Translations under genes and position numbers: made by a program
The notes under the pieces: model-generated
Told to the model about the DNA's origin: nothing
The model's input: only the letters and a program-made list of their open reading frames with translations
The model's database searches: none
Shown: piece by piece, positions 25,850 through 38,739 of the stretch
Layout of the letters: each line of letters starts with the position of its first letter
Numbering within the stretch: the first letter of the stretch is position 1
From: Vicugna vicugna
Taxonomy: Eukaryota
NCBI GenBank assembly: GCA_013265495.1
Contig: MU058418.1
Coordinates: 744,001 to 808,000, forward strand
Direction: 5' to 3'
DNA length: 64,000 nucleotides

Positions 25850-26450
25850 GAGGCCCCTGACGGTTCCATGGAGAGTGTGGCGGCGCGTCCTAAAGAGGAT
25901 TATATTTATCCGGGGGGTGGCTGTGTTTCCGCCCTGCTCTAGCGAGAGGCCCTAAAGTTCACAGGGTCACCCCTCTGACGCAACGACCGTAGGTAGCTGT
26001 CCTCCCCCAGGGTGGGGGGCAGGGGGCTAGGGCCCGGGGACAGCGGGCGAGTCCCTTGGGGGCAGGGCGCCCGCTCTGTGCATCCGACAGGCCAAGGAGC
26101 GAAGCGGCAGGGACTCCCTTTTGCCTCCAGGGGTCCAAGGAGAAGCAGCTCTCCGTCGTGGGAAAGGGCAAAGGGGACGTGGTCGGGACTTCAGGGTGGG
26201 TAAAACGGCGATACCCGAGGCCAGCAGCGCTGGGGAACTTCAGCCGCGATCCCGCCACAGCGGTTCGGGCCGCGGGCTTCAGAGACGGGTCCCGGATGTC
26301 CCGGATCCCGCCAGCCAGTGCCTGGCCTCCGCCGGCGGCTGGCGCTCCCTGGCGGCCACAGCTGGACGCGCCACTCGCTCAGGCCGTTCCCGCTTGAATC
26401 CGGACACCCGGTTCTGAGCGCCTGCACGGCGGGGCGGGGCGGGGCGAGAG
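25850..26450. promoter_or_regulatory. CpG island with tandem GC boxes (promoter-like)
   Basis: High GC and CpG; ggcggggcggggcggggcg (SP/KLF boxes) at ~26428-26446; ETS-like ccggatgt at ~26292-26299. Confidence 0.8.
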
Positions 26451-27065
26451 TCCTGGAGGAACTAGTGCTTCCTGGGACAAGGAAGAAGAAAGTGACCGAA
26501 GACACCTCTTTCAGGGTCTTCACGAACAAGGGAATCACAGCTACGAGTTCCCCAAACATCTACCTGGTCACCTAGTTCTGGTGGCAGAACTGAGCCCCTG
26601 GTAGAAAATCCCCCAGTGGCAATCCCACTGTTCCTGAGAGCATCTTTGCTCATCTCCTCTGCAGGTATTAGATAGCTTAATGCTCTGATGGCCCCACCAT
26701 TTAGACCACTTTGAGTAAATGATACGGAATCCACCTTTTCAAATATAAGACGTGCCAAACTGTAAGAAAAAAATACAAGCAGATGTCTTGTTCACTCAGA
26801 ATTAGTTATATCCTCAGACTCTTGCTCCAAACTCAAAATAAAAAGATCCAGGTCTTGGGTCTTGTTTTACATTATTCACACAGTGATCCCAAACTCTCCC
26901 CTTCCCACAATGCTGTGTGGATGTTCTCCAAGGCCGACAGAAAAATCAAGAGGCAGGTGTTCTAACTGAAACCCAAGGGCAAGAGACGGCCTAATAGCTG
27001 ACCAACTGTCTCTCACCCTCCTTCTCCACCCCAAGCAAGATAACACAAACACCGTTAAAGTCTTC

Positions 27066-27572
27066 ATGGTGGGTGGTTAATTTTATGTGTCAACTTGACT
27101 GGGTCAAGGTACTGTGATATTTGCTCAAACATTGGGCTGTTGTTACTGTGAAGGAATTCTTTAAAACAAGATTAACATTTCAGTCAGTAGTCTTTTAGTA
27201 AAGCAGTCTGTCCTCCATAATGTGAGTGGGTCTCATCCAATCAGTTGAAGGCTTCAAAAGGAAAAAGATTGACTTCTCCCAAGGACGGAGGGAATTCTGC
27301 CTTTGGACTCAAGACTGCATCAACTCTTCCCTGATCTCCAAGCCTGCCAGCAGTCCACCCTGGAGATTTTGGACCCTTTACAGTAGCGTGAGCCAGTTCC
27401 TTAAAATCTCAATTTCCGTCTCTTTCTCAATCTTGCTACCTCTCTGTCCCTGTCTCTCAGATATGTAGATATAGAGATAGGTAGATACAGGTTCACTAAT
27501 AGGATGTATATCTATAGATACCTATAGATACATTCTATTTGTTCTCTTTCTCTGGAGAACCCTGCCTAATTC
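27066..27572 (+). mobile_element. MLT2 (ERVL) LTR
   Basis: ggttaattttatgtgtcaacttgactggg start; tctctggagaaccctgcctaat end. Confidence 0.88.
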
Positions 27573-28195
27573 AGTTTCCCCACAGCCTGGCACCCAGCTT
27601 AGCCCAGACCCATCCCTTTCTCCTACTCCAGAATTTGGCTCCAACAATACCTCTCTTTTGTCTTGTAAGTTTTTCCTCTCCAGTAGATGATCTCTTTCCG
27701 TGTAAAACCTACTGTTGTTTCTCCCCTCTTAATAAAAAAAAAAAAATCTTGATCTCGTTTCTCTTCCAGCTGCTACCCTCTTTCTTTGGTCCTCTTTGTA
27801 ACAACATTCCTCTAAAGTGTTGTGTACGCTTTCTGTCTGCAGTTCTCTCCTCCCATTCTCTCTGCCTTTTTATTTTGAAATACAACACATATTCAAAAAA
27901 GGGGGAGTGGAGGGTAAAAACAGAACTATACAGCTTAATGATTTATCCAAAACAAATACTGCTACCACCATCCAGGTCAAGCAGGACATTAGCAAGAGCA
28001 CAGAGTCCTTCCTCATGTCCCCTCCCACTTCCTACCCTCCCCCACCCCGTCTGCCCCCAGAGGTAGCCACCATCCTGCCTTTTGTGAGCATCACTTCCTT
28101 TCTTTATTTTATTGTTTTACCTTCTAGGCATGCATCCCTGAACACTGTACTTTTAGTTTTACCTGTTTCTTGAACTTTAAATAATGGAATAATCA

Positions 28196-28508
28196 CATCT
28201 ACAAAACAGAAACACACTCACAGACATAGTAAACAATCTTATGGTTACTGGGGGCAAGAGGGTGGGAAGGGATAAATTTGGGAATTGGAGATTTACAAAT
28301 GTTAACTACTATATATAAAAATAGATTAAAAAAACCAAATTTCTTCTGTATAGCACAGGGAACTACATTCAATGTCTTGTAGTAACCTTTAATGAAAAAG
28401 AATATGAAAACAAATATATGTATATATATATGCATGACTGGGACATTATACTGTACACCAGACATTTTGACACACTGTAACTGACTTTTACTTCAATTTA
28501 AAAAAAAA
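28196..28508 (+). mobile_element. Lineage-specific 5'-truncated L1 with poly(A) and 13-bp TSD
   Basis: catctacaaaacagaaa...tatagcacagggaactac...tacttcaatttA(n); TSD aatggaataatca at 28183-28195 and 28509-28521. Confidence 0.9.
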
Positions 28509-28607
28509 AATGGAATAATCAAAAATGTGTCTTATGGCTAGGTTTTCACCCATGTTGACAAATGTAACTGCATTTCATTTATTTTCATTACTTTATAGAA
28601 TCCCACT

Positions 28608-29110
28608 GCATTACTTATTGATTGTCGTGTAACAAATTACCCCAAGATTTAGCAGCTTAAAACTGACATTAATTATACAACCTGTGTCCTGAGAGTCAGG
28701 AATCATTTGTGGCTTTGCTGGATGTTTGGTTTTGGGTCTCTCACGTAGTTACAGTCAAGCTGTCATCTAGGGCTGTAATCTCTGAAGACTTAACTCAGGC
28801 TAGAAGATCCACTTCCAAATTCACTCACATGGCTTTTGACAAGAGACCAGCTCCTTGCTACATGGGCCTTTCCATAGGGCTGCTCATGACACAGATTCCC
28901 CAGAGCAAATAGTCCAAGAGAAAAAACATGAGTGAAGGAAGCTGCAATGTTTTTTATAATCTAATCTCAGAAGTGACACACCATCACTGCTGCTGTGTGC
29001 TGTTGATCACACCAGCCATCCTGGTCCAGTGTGGGAGGGGACCACTCAAGTATGTGAAAACCAAGAGGCAGGAATCACTGTGGACCATCTTGGAAGCTAC
29101 TCACCACAAC
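28608..29110 (-). mobile_element. MLT1 (F/G-like) LTR
   Basis: gtaacaaattaccccaa...gcagcttaaaac; gaggcaggaatcactgtggaccatcttgga...ccaca. Confidence 0.8.
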
Positions 29111-29547
29111 CTTCATATAAACATAGAAGACTTTATTTATCCATTCTATTATCAATCAGTATTTGGGTTATTTCTAGTTTGGAGCTGGTATGAATAGGGC
29201 TTCTATGACCATTCTTGTACACGTCTATTGGTGTTTATGTGCATACAAATACCTGGAAGTATGACTGCTAGGTTACTGCCTGTGCATCACTGTCAAGTTT
29301 AATAACTAATGGCAAACTGCTTTATGAAGTGATCTACATAGTTACATTCCTACCAGAAGTAGATGAGATTTCCAGTTGCTAAATGTTCTTACACCATTTG
29401 GTATTGTCAGTCTCTTCTGCTTCTGTCATTCTGGTGAGCATGTAGTAATACTTCACTGTGGTTTTCATTTGCATTTCCCTGATGGATAAAGAGCTTGAAT
29501 GGCTTTCATGTATGTCTTTGGACCTTGGGATATACGGTTTTGTGAAC

Positions 29548-29980
29548 TGTAGCAGACATGGAGACACAGCACTCAGCTCCTCCTTCCTAGAAGGACTGGC
29601 TGCCCAGTGGCGGAGAGTGTGGTCCCCAGACAGCCTCCAGCCAGCAGCGCATTCAGGGTCAGCCTCAACCACAGAGAACCACCTTGTCCAAGGTCACACT
29701 CTTCTGGGGAGCCCATGCTCTGACTGAGCAAGGCGGACTCTGCAGGCACAGCCATTTCAACCTGACATGGGACATGGGACACAGGACACATTACTGGGCA
29801 ACCCCCACTAGGTTAGTCCAGGCTTTGCTGGGCTGACATCGAAGCTCAACTCCTTTCTCTGCCAATCCTGCAATTCCTCCCCCATTTTGTTCACAATAAG
29901 CATCTTGATTTTTAATAAACATCTTGCACCACAAACTCCTTCTCAGGGTCTGCTTCTGAAGAGCACCATACTTTGAAAAT
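29548..29980 (+). mobile_element. LTR16-like ERVL LTR
   Basis: aataaacatcttgcaccacaaactccttctcagggtctgcttc 3' signature; tgtagcag start. Confidence 0.7.
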
Positions 29981-30481
29981 CTAGGACACAAAGTGTCTTT
30001 TTAAGCCTATTGCCCATTTTTCTATTGAGTTGTCTTCTATTTTTCTATTGCTATTTTTCTATTGAGTTATCTTTTCTCTTACCAATTAGTAGGAGTTATT
30101 TGTTTAGTACGGATGCAAGTCCGTTGTCAATTACGTGTGTGGCAAATGTCTTCTCCCGCTCTGGGGCTTGCTTTTCATTTCTTTATTGTGAATTTAAAGA
30201 ACTGAAGTCTTTTATTTGGATGTAATTCAGTTTCTCAGTTTTTTTCCTTTTTAGACATGCTCTTTATATCTACCCTAAGGTCATGAATAAACATACTCTC
30301 CTGTATTCCTTTTATTGTTTCCTATGTTCCTTTCTCCTTTTATTGTTTTGCCCTTCAATTATAGACTTACATGCCACCTGGAATTAATTGTTGCATAAGT
30401 GACACAGGAGACATGTATCATTTTCTTCTCCCCCAAATGAATATCCTATTGTCTCAGCACCATATTTTGAAAATGTCTTCC

Positions 30482-30613
30482 TTTTTTTTTTAATGAGGGG
30501 GAAGTAATTGGGTTTATTTATTCATTTATATTTGGAGGAGATACTGGGGATTGAACCCAGGACCTCCTGCATGCTAAGCATATGCTCTACCATCTGAGCT
30601 ATACCTTCCCCCC
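30482..30613 (-). mobile_element. tRNA-derived SINE (camelid Vic-1-like) with perfect TSD
   Basis: Same A/B box sequence; tgaaaatgtcttccttt at 30468-30484 and 30614-30630. Confidence 0.9.
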
Positions 30614-30859
30614 TGAAAATGTCTTCCTTTGTCCCACTGTTCTGCAGAGCAAGCTTGTCGCCTATACCAAGTGTGTGAGTCTGTCCACATGTGTGGGGTC
30701 GTTTCTGGATTCCCATCTGTATTATTGGCTCTTTGCCCTTGTCTCAGTACCACACTGTCATACTTCCCATTCTGACTTTCAAGCCTGTTCGGAGTGGGGT
30801 TGTGTCTCCAGCTGTCCCACTGACATGGCTCTTAGGAAGCTCAGCACCACCCCCGCGTG

Positions 30860-32670
30860 ACTAAATCCAGTGGTCAATTCTCAGTGCTCATCTTTCTTGC
30901 CTTCTCAGTGCAATTGACACAGGTGATACCTCTTTCTTGACAGTGTCTGCTGGGACACCACACCCTTGGTTTTCCTCCCAACACGCTGTGTGCTCCTTCT
31001 CCGTTTCCTCCCCCATTTCCTCCTCCTCTGCCCAGCCTGACACTGTTAACTCTTCTCAGAGTTCAGACGCCTGTGCCCTTATTTCTTCGTCGATCTCATT
31101 CAGAGAGTAAATGCCATTTTACCTCAAATTTCTATTTCTTGTTGGACCTTGTTCTTAAACTTTAGACTTATATACTCGCTGCCTACCTAACTTTTCCCTT
31201 TGAAGAATCTCAGACTAACATACCCAGCACAGAACTTAAAATTTTTCCCCCCAAATCTGCTCTACAATCTTGCCTTGACCTTCTCAGCTGATGGCACCTC
31301 CATCCTTCTAGTTGCTCAGGCACAAAACCTTAGAAGCATCTTTACTCGCCTCTTTCTCTCATAACAGCACATCCGCTTCATTAGAAAATCCTACTGGGTT
31401 TACCTTCAAAATACGCATATCCTAAATCCAAACACCGCACCCCACCTCTCAGCTGTCGCCTCATCAGAGCCTCCATGTGGACAAACAGGTAGCTATGCAG
31501 GCAGGCCTTGTTTTATTGTGCTTTGCAGATATTGCTTTTTTTTTTTTTAACAAATTGAAGGTTTGTGGCAACCCTGAAAGTCTATCGAAGCCATTTTCCC
31601 TACAGAATTTGTTCACTTCATGTCTCTGTGTGTGTCACATTTTGGTAATTCTCACATTTCAAAATTTATAGTATTTGTTATGGTGATCTGTGACAGTGAC
31701 CTTTGATGTTACTATTGCGAAAGATTATGACTCACTGAAGGATCAGATGATGGTCTGCTTATTAGCAATAAAGTATTTTTAATTAAGGTATTTATGTTGT
31801 TTTTTTAGGCATAATTCTGTCGCACACTTAATAGACGACAGTATGGTGCAAACATAACTTTTACATGCACTGGGAAACCAAAAATTTCTTGTGACAGTTT
31901 ATTGTGATACTCACTTTATTTTATGCAGTCCGGAACAGAGCCACAGTATCTCTGAGGTGTGCCTGTTACAGCGCTCATTGCCTTATAACACATAAAATTT
32001 CCAGGGCGGTTTCTGCAGTAAGCACCTAATTGGTCTTCCTACTTCAATCTCTCTCTCCTTAGGTTTTGTTGGTGGTGGTGTTGTTGTTGTTTTTACACAA
32101 CAGCCAGAGGGATCTTTTTAAGACAAAAACGCAAGGTCCTGTCACTCCTCTGCTCAGAACGCTGCAGTGGCTCCCACCCCACTCAGAGTAGAAGCCGAAG
32201 TCCTAGCAACAGCCTACACGAGTTCCCGCCTGCTGCAGCCTTGATCTCGGGCCTCTCTCTGAGCTCCCCTCCCGCTGCTCTCCCCTCCAGCAACTGGCCT
32301 CTCTAACAGTCTCCACACAAGCCAGCCGCTCCCGCCTTAGAGCCCGTGTGCCAACTTTGCTTTCTGTCTGGAACACTCTTCCCCCAAATGGCTGCACGGC
32401 TAACCTCTTCACCCCTTCAAGCCTTGGCCCAGCTTTGTGATGCAATCTGTCTTGACCACAGAAATTGAAACCTGCTCTCCTTCTGCCCTCCTTGCCTTTC
32501 TCTACTCTTTCTTTCATCCATCACACTTGTCTGTCACCTTTGATTATACTATTTAAATTAGTTATCAACTGATTATGTATGGAAGGGATTTTTATCTGCT
32601 TTTTTTTTTTTTTCTGTTTTGCTCTTTTTGTATCCAAGCACCTAGAACTGTAAACCACAGTCTACTGTAA
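30860..32670 (+). mobile_element. L2 LINE fragment, interrupted by Tigger1
   Basis: aaatccagtggtcaattctcagt, catccttctagttgctcagg, cagccagagggatctttt, tatccaagcacctagaac. Confidence 0.8.
31498..31966 (+). mobile_element. Internally deleted Tigger1-family DNA transposon
   Basis: caggc...ttttattgtgctttgcagatattg...aaattgaaggtttgtggcaaccctg joined to 3' end ...tatctctgaggtgtgcctg. Confidence 0.88.
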
Positions 32671-35481
32671 GCTTTGTCCTCTGCCCCGTCCCGTGGCCTC
32701 AGGCCCCTGCACCTGGTGCCTGGGAGGAACCCCAGGAGGAACCCCAGGGAAGGGCTTCCTGTCTGGCCCTGCTGTTGGAAGCAGGGGTGCAAGGCAGGGG
32801 TGTTGTGTGATGCAGCACAGCCCCCTGTGGGGGAAGGTGCATGGGTCCCAGTTCCTGTTCTGTCACCAAGTGTGACAAGTCACTACTCTTCTCTGGGTCT
32901 ACGTTTCCAGGTCTGTCCCTCACGTCAGTGCCTGGCCCTCTGTGGGTGCAACTGGACGTGCAATTAACTTCAAATCACAGCTGCTGAGAGGGGGCCTCCC
33001 AGGTTTTCAGCACTTGCATACGTGCCTTCATAGCTCCTCACGATAACACCACCCCATGGAGGTAGCTCCAAGACTGAAATCCACGGGGTTTCTTTTCATA
33101 CCGACATTCCAGTTCTGCTTATATTAAGCTGTGGAAGGCTGGGGGGCAGGCACTTGGTTCAGTCAGATTATAAGTACCTAGTACTAAATGCAAAGAAAAC
33201 TTTACAAATCATACTGTTGGAGATGGAGGATGGGTTTTTTTTTTTTTAGATTTTTTTCTTGCTCTAAAAACTATTCAACACATTGAAACGTTCACAATTC
33301 TACTCAAAACTCAGTTTTAGTATCATCAAACCTAAACTCGTCTGAGATGCGCTGCTCCTGAGGTGTCACTCCTGACATACAGAGAGATACCCTGTCATTA
33401 TGTCAGCAGGCTTGAAAGATGTGGGGGTTCAGTGTATAAAGAAATAATTCCATGAGTCATAACACTCCAGTGTCATCTCCAATTCTCGAAAGCACTTTGC
33501 TGAAAGTCACACTAATCCTTATAATTTCCATGACAATAGGCCCAGATTGTGTTTTGTGAGTAGGGATGGGGTAGATGGGGAAGAGTAATTGCAGAGTTGT
33601 GAAGGAGCTGGTTGTGGGGAAAGCTGTAACTCCAAGACACGTGGAAGGGGTGCCTTGCTTCCCTTTGACTTGAGGCACCTCCCTAGTGCTCTCCGTCCTC
33701 TCTCTCTCATATGTGTTGTCATGTCAAGAACAAAAACAAAACAAAACAAAAAGAACAGGAATTGTAGGCTTTTGGAAAATTTTGGAAAGTTGACATAGAG
33801 CATACATACCCAGTGACCAGAGTCCCAAGAATGTGGCAGAGAATCAAGAAATTAAAAAGCTGGAAAAACTTTGGGTGTGATTATAAAGTAAATAGACTAA
33901 TTTTAAGTAAATTTACTAATTTTTTTAAAGATATAGATGCAGACTGATTCATGTAAATGAGGGAGGTTATTGTTATCCCAGTATTACTGAGTGTCTCCTT
34001 GAATCAGAGGCAGTTTAAATAGAAATAATGATTTTTAAAAAGTCACTCATTGAATTTTAGTCATATGATTTTTTTAATTGAAATATCAGCAAATTTGATT
34101 ACCCTCCTAATTCATCTGCATCATCTCTAAATGCCTTTTCACAGTCAAAAACAAAAATAAATAATCTCTCAAAGGATGATCAGATGCCAGCACAACTGTT
34201 CAGAAGAATATTTCAGAGGTTCCTCAATTATTTCAACCAAAGAAGCTCCAAAGACTCCCTGGACTTGGGCAGCATCTTAGGAAAAAGGAATGTCAGCTGT
34301 TCTACAAGGATTCAGACTCACTTGGAGGAACACGTTCAGTTTGTTGGGAAGAGCAGGATTTTTGGAGGGGAGTGGGGTCAGGACATATTTTAGATTGAGG
34401 TTTTGAGGAAAGGTGCCAAAGCCATAATCAAAATCTTTTACATTTACAATATATAACAGAGAGAGTGTTCATTTTTAGACACCCCCTTTCCACTGCCACA
34501 TTGGACTCGATTCAACTTGGAAAATTCTGGGTATGTTTTAGTTCGTGCATATGGTAAGTAAACTGTCTTCAGTTGTAACATAAAACTATCTTTGACAATA
34601 AAACATTTGCAGAAGGTCTAAGAGCACATTATTCTTAAGGAAGATGGCCTTGCTTGTCCTAATTGTCACTTTAAAGTACTCTATACTTCTTCGTAAATAG
34701 ATGTACTATTATATATTTTGAAGTTCAACTTTTGAGAGATGGCTTTCTCTGGGTATCTCATATTTCTGCAAACCTTGTGAGCAGAGTCATACAATTTTGC
34801 TCCAGATTATCTTTTTATGTTTGTGTAGGGAACAGCCTAGGAAGAACGAGTAGCTCCCTCTTAGACAGCTTTGTTTGTATACCCTTTAAAAGAATAGGTT
34901 TCCTGAGGTCGAAATTCCTCAGCTGGGGCACAGTACACTCCATGTGACGCATCCACCCGAGCTACTCCTCATCACCGCTGTGGAACCTGGGGACAGAGGA
35001 GCAGACGGGGAACAGGAAGCTCAGTCTGGGGTTCCTCTTACTGGGAGTCTTCTGTCTTCTGCATCCGTGACACTGTGGCAGGTTAACTTGTGAGCTTGCA
35101 CATAGAGGAAAAACCTCAGACTTGTCACAGTTCTTGACACCTACCATCCAAAAATTAATTTTGTAGAATAAAAGGATTTCCTTGTCCTACCTGACCCCCC
35201 CCTCAAGCAAACAGTCTAATACAATTCTAGCAAAATTAGTAAATATGGACTGTCTTCTGGAGTTTGTTGCAAGGGGGCTTAATATTTCCAGCCAGAAAAC
35301 TGAGAAGTAAATTTAACTTATGAAAAGACACATGTAAGACAGACTAAGGTTAGATAGAAATACAAAACATTAAAGGGAAGGAGGTAATCCTAGAAGGTGG
35401 AGATAGAGATCATAGAGATTTAATTTTGGCTCTTTTAGTCCCACAAAGTAAACCATTCTTTGCTAAAGAAAATTATAGCCC

Positions 35482-35500
35482 TGTCGCCCTCTACCGGAGC
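35482..35500 (-). promoter_or_regulatory. Candidate CTCF core motif
   Basis: Minus strand GCTCCGGTAGAGGGCGACA fits the CCNNNAGRGGGCG core. Confidence 0.6.
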
Positions 35501-38500
35501 CAGGCTAGAAACTGCAGGGAAATAGTTGGAAGTTGCTCTTTCTAGAATCTGCTCGTACCTATGTGGTGTCCACTGCTGCAGTTATACAGAACTTAAAGTG
35601 TAAACTTCAGGTGTTCAGAAAGGTAAAGGAACACAGTACCCTTAGCATAGCCAGCCTGACAGGTGAATGCTGAGCCAGCTAGTGCCAAAAACAGAGTAGA
35701 CAGCCCTTCTCACACTCACCTGTGTCTGTAGCAGCCACTGATCGCAGGGACCACTAACAGAGCTGTAGACTTTGCTGGAAGCCCCAGGAAGCTGCACTTG
35801 GCACTTCTACCCTCACCTGTTCCACTTTCATTCAGTGGACAATAGATGCTTGGAATCCTCCCCTTGTCTATTAACCCCATCACCAAACCTACTTGGTTCC
35901 ACCTCAAAAAATATCACTTTGCTACATGGTGAATGCCAACCCTTCGACTCCAGCAGAGTAGCATCACCTTGTGAACTCAAATGGTGAATACCAAAGGTCT
36001 GAACTGCGGTTTTAGCTTAAATGGCACTATATCGATACTTCAAAGCAGCATATCCAAATAATTTGATCACTGAAATCAGAAAAAAATTGTATAATGCACC
36101 AGTAAATGTATTATTTATTTACAAATTATAAAGTGTACAACTGTACAACATATTATGTACATTATAAAACACACAAAAATAGAAATTTAAAAGGATGAGA
36201 TTAAATACAAATAAGCATTTTAACATTTTCCCAATGAACTGTACACCCTCCCACCTGAAAGCACAGCCCTAAATCATGCCCATGATTGCTAGATTTGAAT
36301 TTTTAGCTGAAGTTACAGAAAAATGTACAAGATCATAGCTTTTTTCCTTTTTTTTAGTTTTGCAAAATAGCCCTAGCATCAAGTTTAAGTGTGCAAAGAT
36401 GCTTGATGCTAACATTTTAAGACATATCTGGACTAACCACTGCACAGCTGGTAAAATGTCACATTATGATTCACTGATAGCTGTTTCAGTTATCATAAGG
36501 CAGATTAAATAGGGGACTTTATGAAGTTGAATAAGAGTATTTGGGGAGGAAAATGCTTTGAAGAAACACTTAATAATAAAGGATAGGATTTACCTAATTT
36601 TTTTTAAAGCCAAAAAGTAGCTAGCACCTAAAAAAAATTCCTCTGCCTACAGTGGACTTAAAAAATAAATAAAGACTTTCCAAAAAATGACCATTAGCCA
36701 GTGCAAATGGTTTGCCACACACCTGTCTGCCCTAAAGCCTGTGAGACCTTAAGAACACCAATTCTTTGTTTTGTATAGCCCCAGGGTCCAATCACAGACC
36801 CTGCCACGTTGAAACTCAGTAAATATGTGGATTGATGAACAACCCCTCGGAAAGCATGAAAAGTGCTGAATTACATTTGAAATAACAATTGTTGCTAGAA
36901 ACACTCTGTATATGGTTTTGATTGGCTCAAGTAAATAACTGGATAAATGTCATGGTCAAGAATATGTTCAGTCTCATCACATTCCTCAACACCCTTGCTC
37001 CCCTTTTCCATAGCAGTCCTCTGCCGTCCATCCACCCGCTCTGCTTCCAGCCAGGGCCTGAGCTTCCCACTGAGCAGGAGAGCCCTGCAGCCAGACAGGC
37101 TCATCCTTCTCTACTCCAGTGCTGGGAGAAATAGAACAGTGTGTCTGTCCTACGCAGAGAAACTTATTCAATGGACTCTTTAATTTTAAAAAAGTATTTG
37201 CAAAAATTTTTTTAAAAATTTAAAGGACAGGAACATTTGACTTCGAGATTGAGACATGCACATGGAAAACACCATGGGGCCTCCATCAAGTTGTGTAACA
37301 AAAAGTTACAGCTTCAATTGTGGCCTCCTCATGGAAGAGTATCTTTTAACAGGTACTACACCAATGTAGAGATAAAAGCATTATACAGTTTAAGTAGCTT
37401 AGTTTCATAAATAATCAATTTAACTTTGTATACACACACTGAATGTTTTCACCTATTATGTTCATCTATTATGTTGACAAAGTATCACTCTTTCTTGATG
37501 GAACAAAACTGGAACTGCACTCAGTAAGTTTCCATTCAATTAAATACAAACTAAGCTAAGTTAGTTGTTAAATCTCAATTAAGAGAAAGAAAGATGAGAA
37601 CTGTAACTGAGGGCTCAGTTCTTTCACTGTTGCCATGTGGAAAGAGCTTACCTACAGTACTCACTAGAGGAAACTGCGTTATTCGGTTGGGAGGAACACA
37701 CGTACCACACAAATGGCAAAGGAAAAGACTAGCGGAACTTTCTAATGAGGTGATGCTGGTTTTTTTAAGCACTGTGGTGAGTTACTGGGTTGTGAAATCA
37801 TTGTCTAGTCTTAAAATCAGAAGAAGCCAGTTGTTTGAATGAACTTACAAAGCCTCTTTAAGACGAAAGAGCCACTAGAATAGAAATACTTTTCTAGAAA
37901 AGTATCCTTCAAGAAAGCCAGGACTGCCACATACCACACACACATTGTTTCATTTGCTCACTTTCCTTGCCTTCACACCAACCTGCCTTTTCCTCTAACT
38001 TCTCTTTCCACTGGATGCTACAGGCTGGCTCAATCCCTTCCACCTCACTTAGGTAACCAGCAGCTTCCCAGCAAAGCCCGACTCGAAAATTAAACCCACC
38101 CTCTACTTATAAAATGAAATAAATCCTCAGTGGCACTTCTGCTTGCCAAGGAAGAGTCTCACTAACACCTTTAAAAAGAAAAACAGGTGACGGAAGTGTC
38201 AGTGAAAAAATTGCTCTGCCCATGTTATAGGAAATATTACATCCTAAATTCAGAACCAAAAAAAACCCATTCATGTTTTTGGTAATTTTCAAATTTTATT
38301 TCCAACTACTGCAGTAACAAAATACTCGTGGTAAATCTGTATGGAAAGAGGCAACCTTTTAAGTAAACAAGGTCACAAATTAGTATTCCAACAGTACTTT
38401 GGTCTATGGAGATTTTGATAGGAGAGGATTATTACAATCAGTCCTGTAATATTACAGACTTATGCTTCCTCCATACTAGTAATAAAAATATTCATCTTAT

Positions 38501-38739
38501 CTCAGTAATTCATCATGTACACATTTCTGCTCTTTATAAGCACTATCCTTCCAGGTTATACTCTGTGAATGTGTGAGGGGGAAATTCCTCCTGAGCATAG
38601 GTTTTTCTACAGTTACAGAAATAGCAGTCACTTCAGCAGTCATGTACAGTATTACTTAATTTTTAGTTGAAAAATAAAAGAATGAGTTATCCTATTATAT
38701 CCCTTTCTGGGAGTAAAAAGACACACACCATTACAAACG

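Larger units (their letters stand above)
27870..30780 (-). mobile_element. Old L1 (L1MC/ME-type) 3' portion hosting several nested insertions
   Basis: Antisense L1 motifs recur between the inserts (gtggttttcatttgcatttccctgat, ttgcccatttttctattg, tctcagcaccat). Confidence 0.75.

Noticed and set aside
25959..26758. Cluster of ORFs on both strands
   Set aside because: Expected in a CpG island; no recognisable protein.
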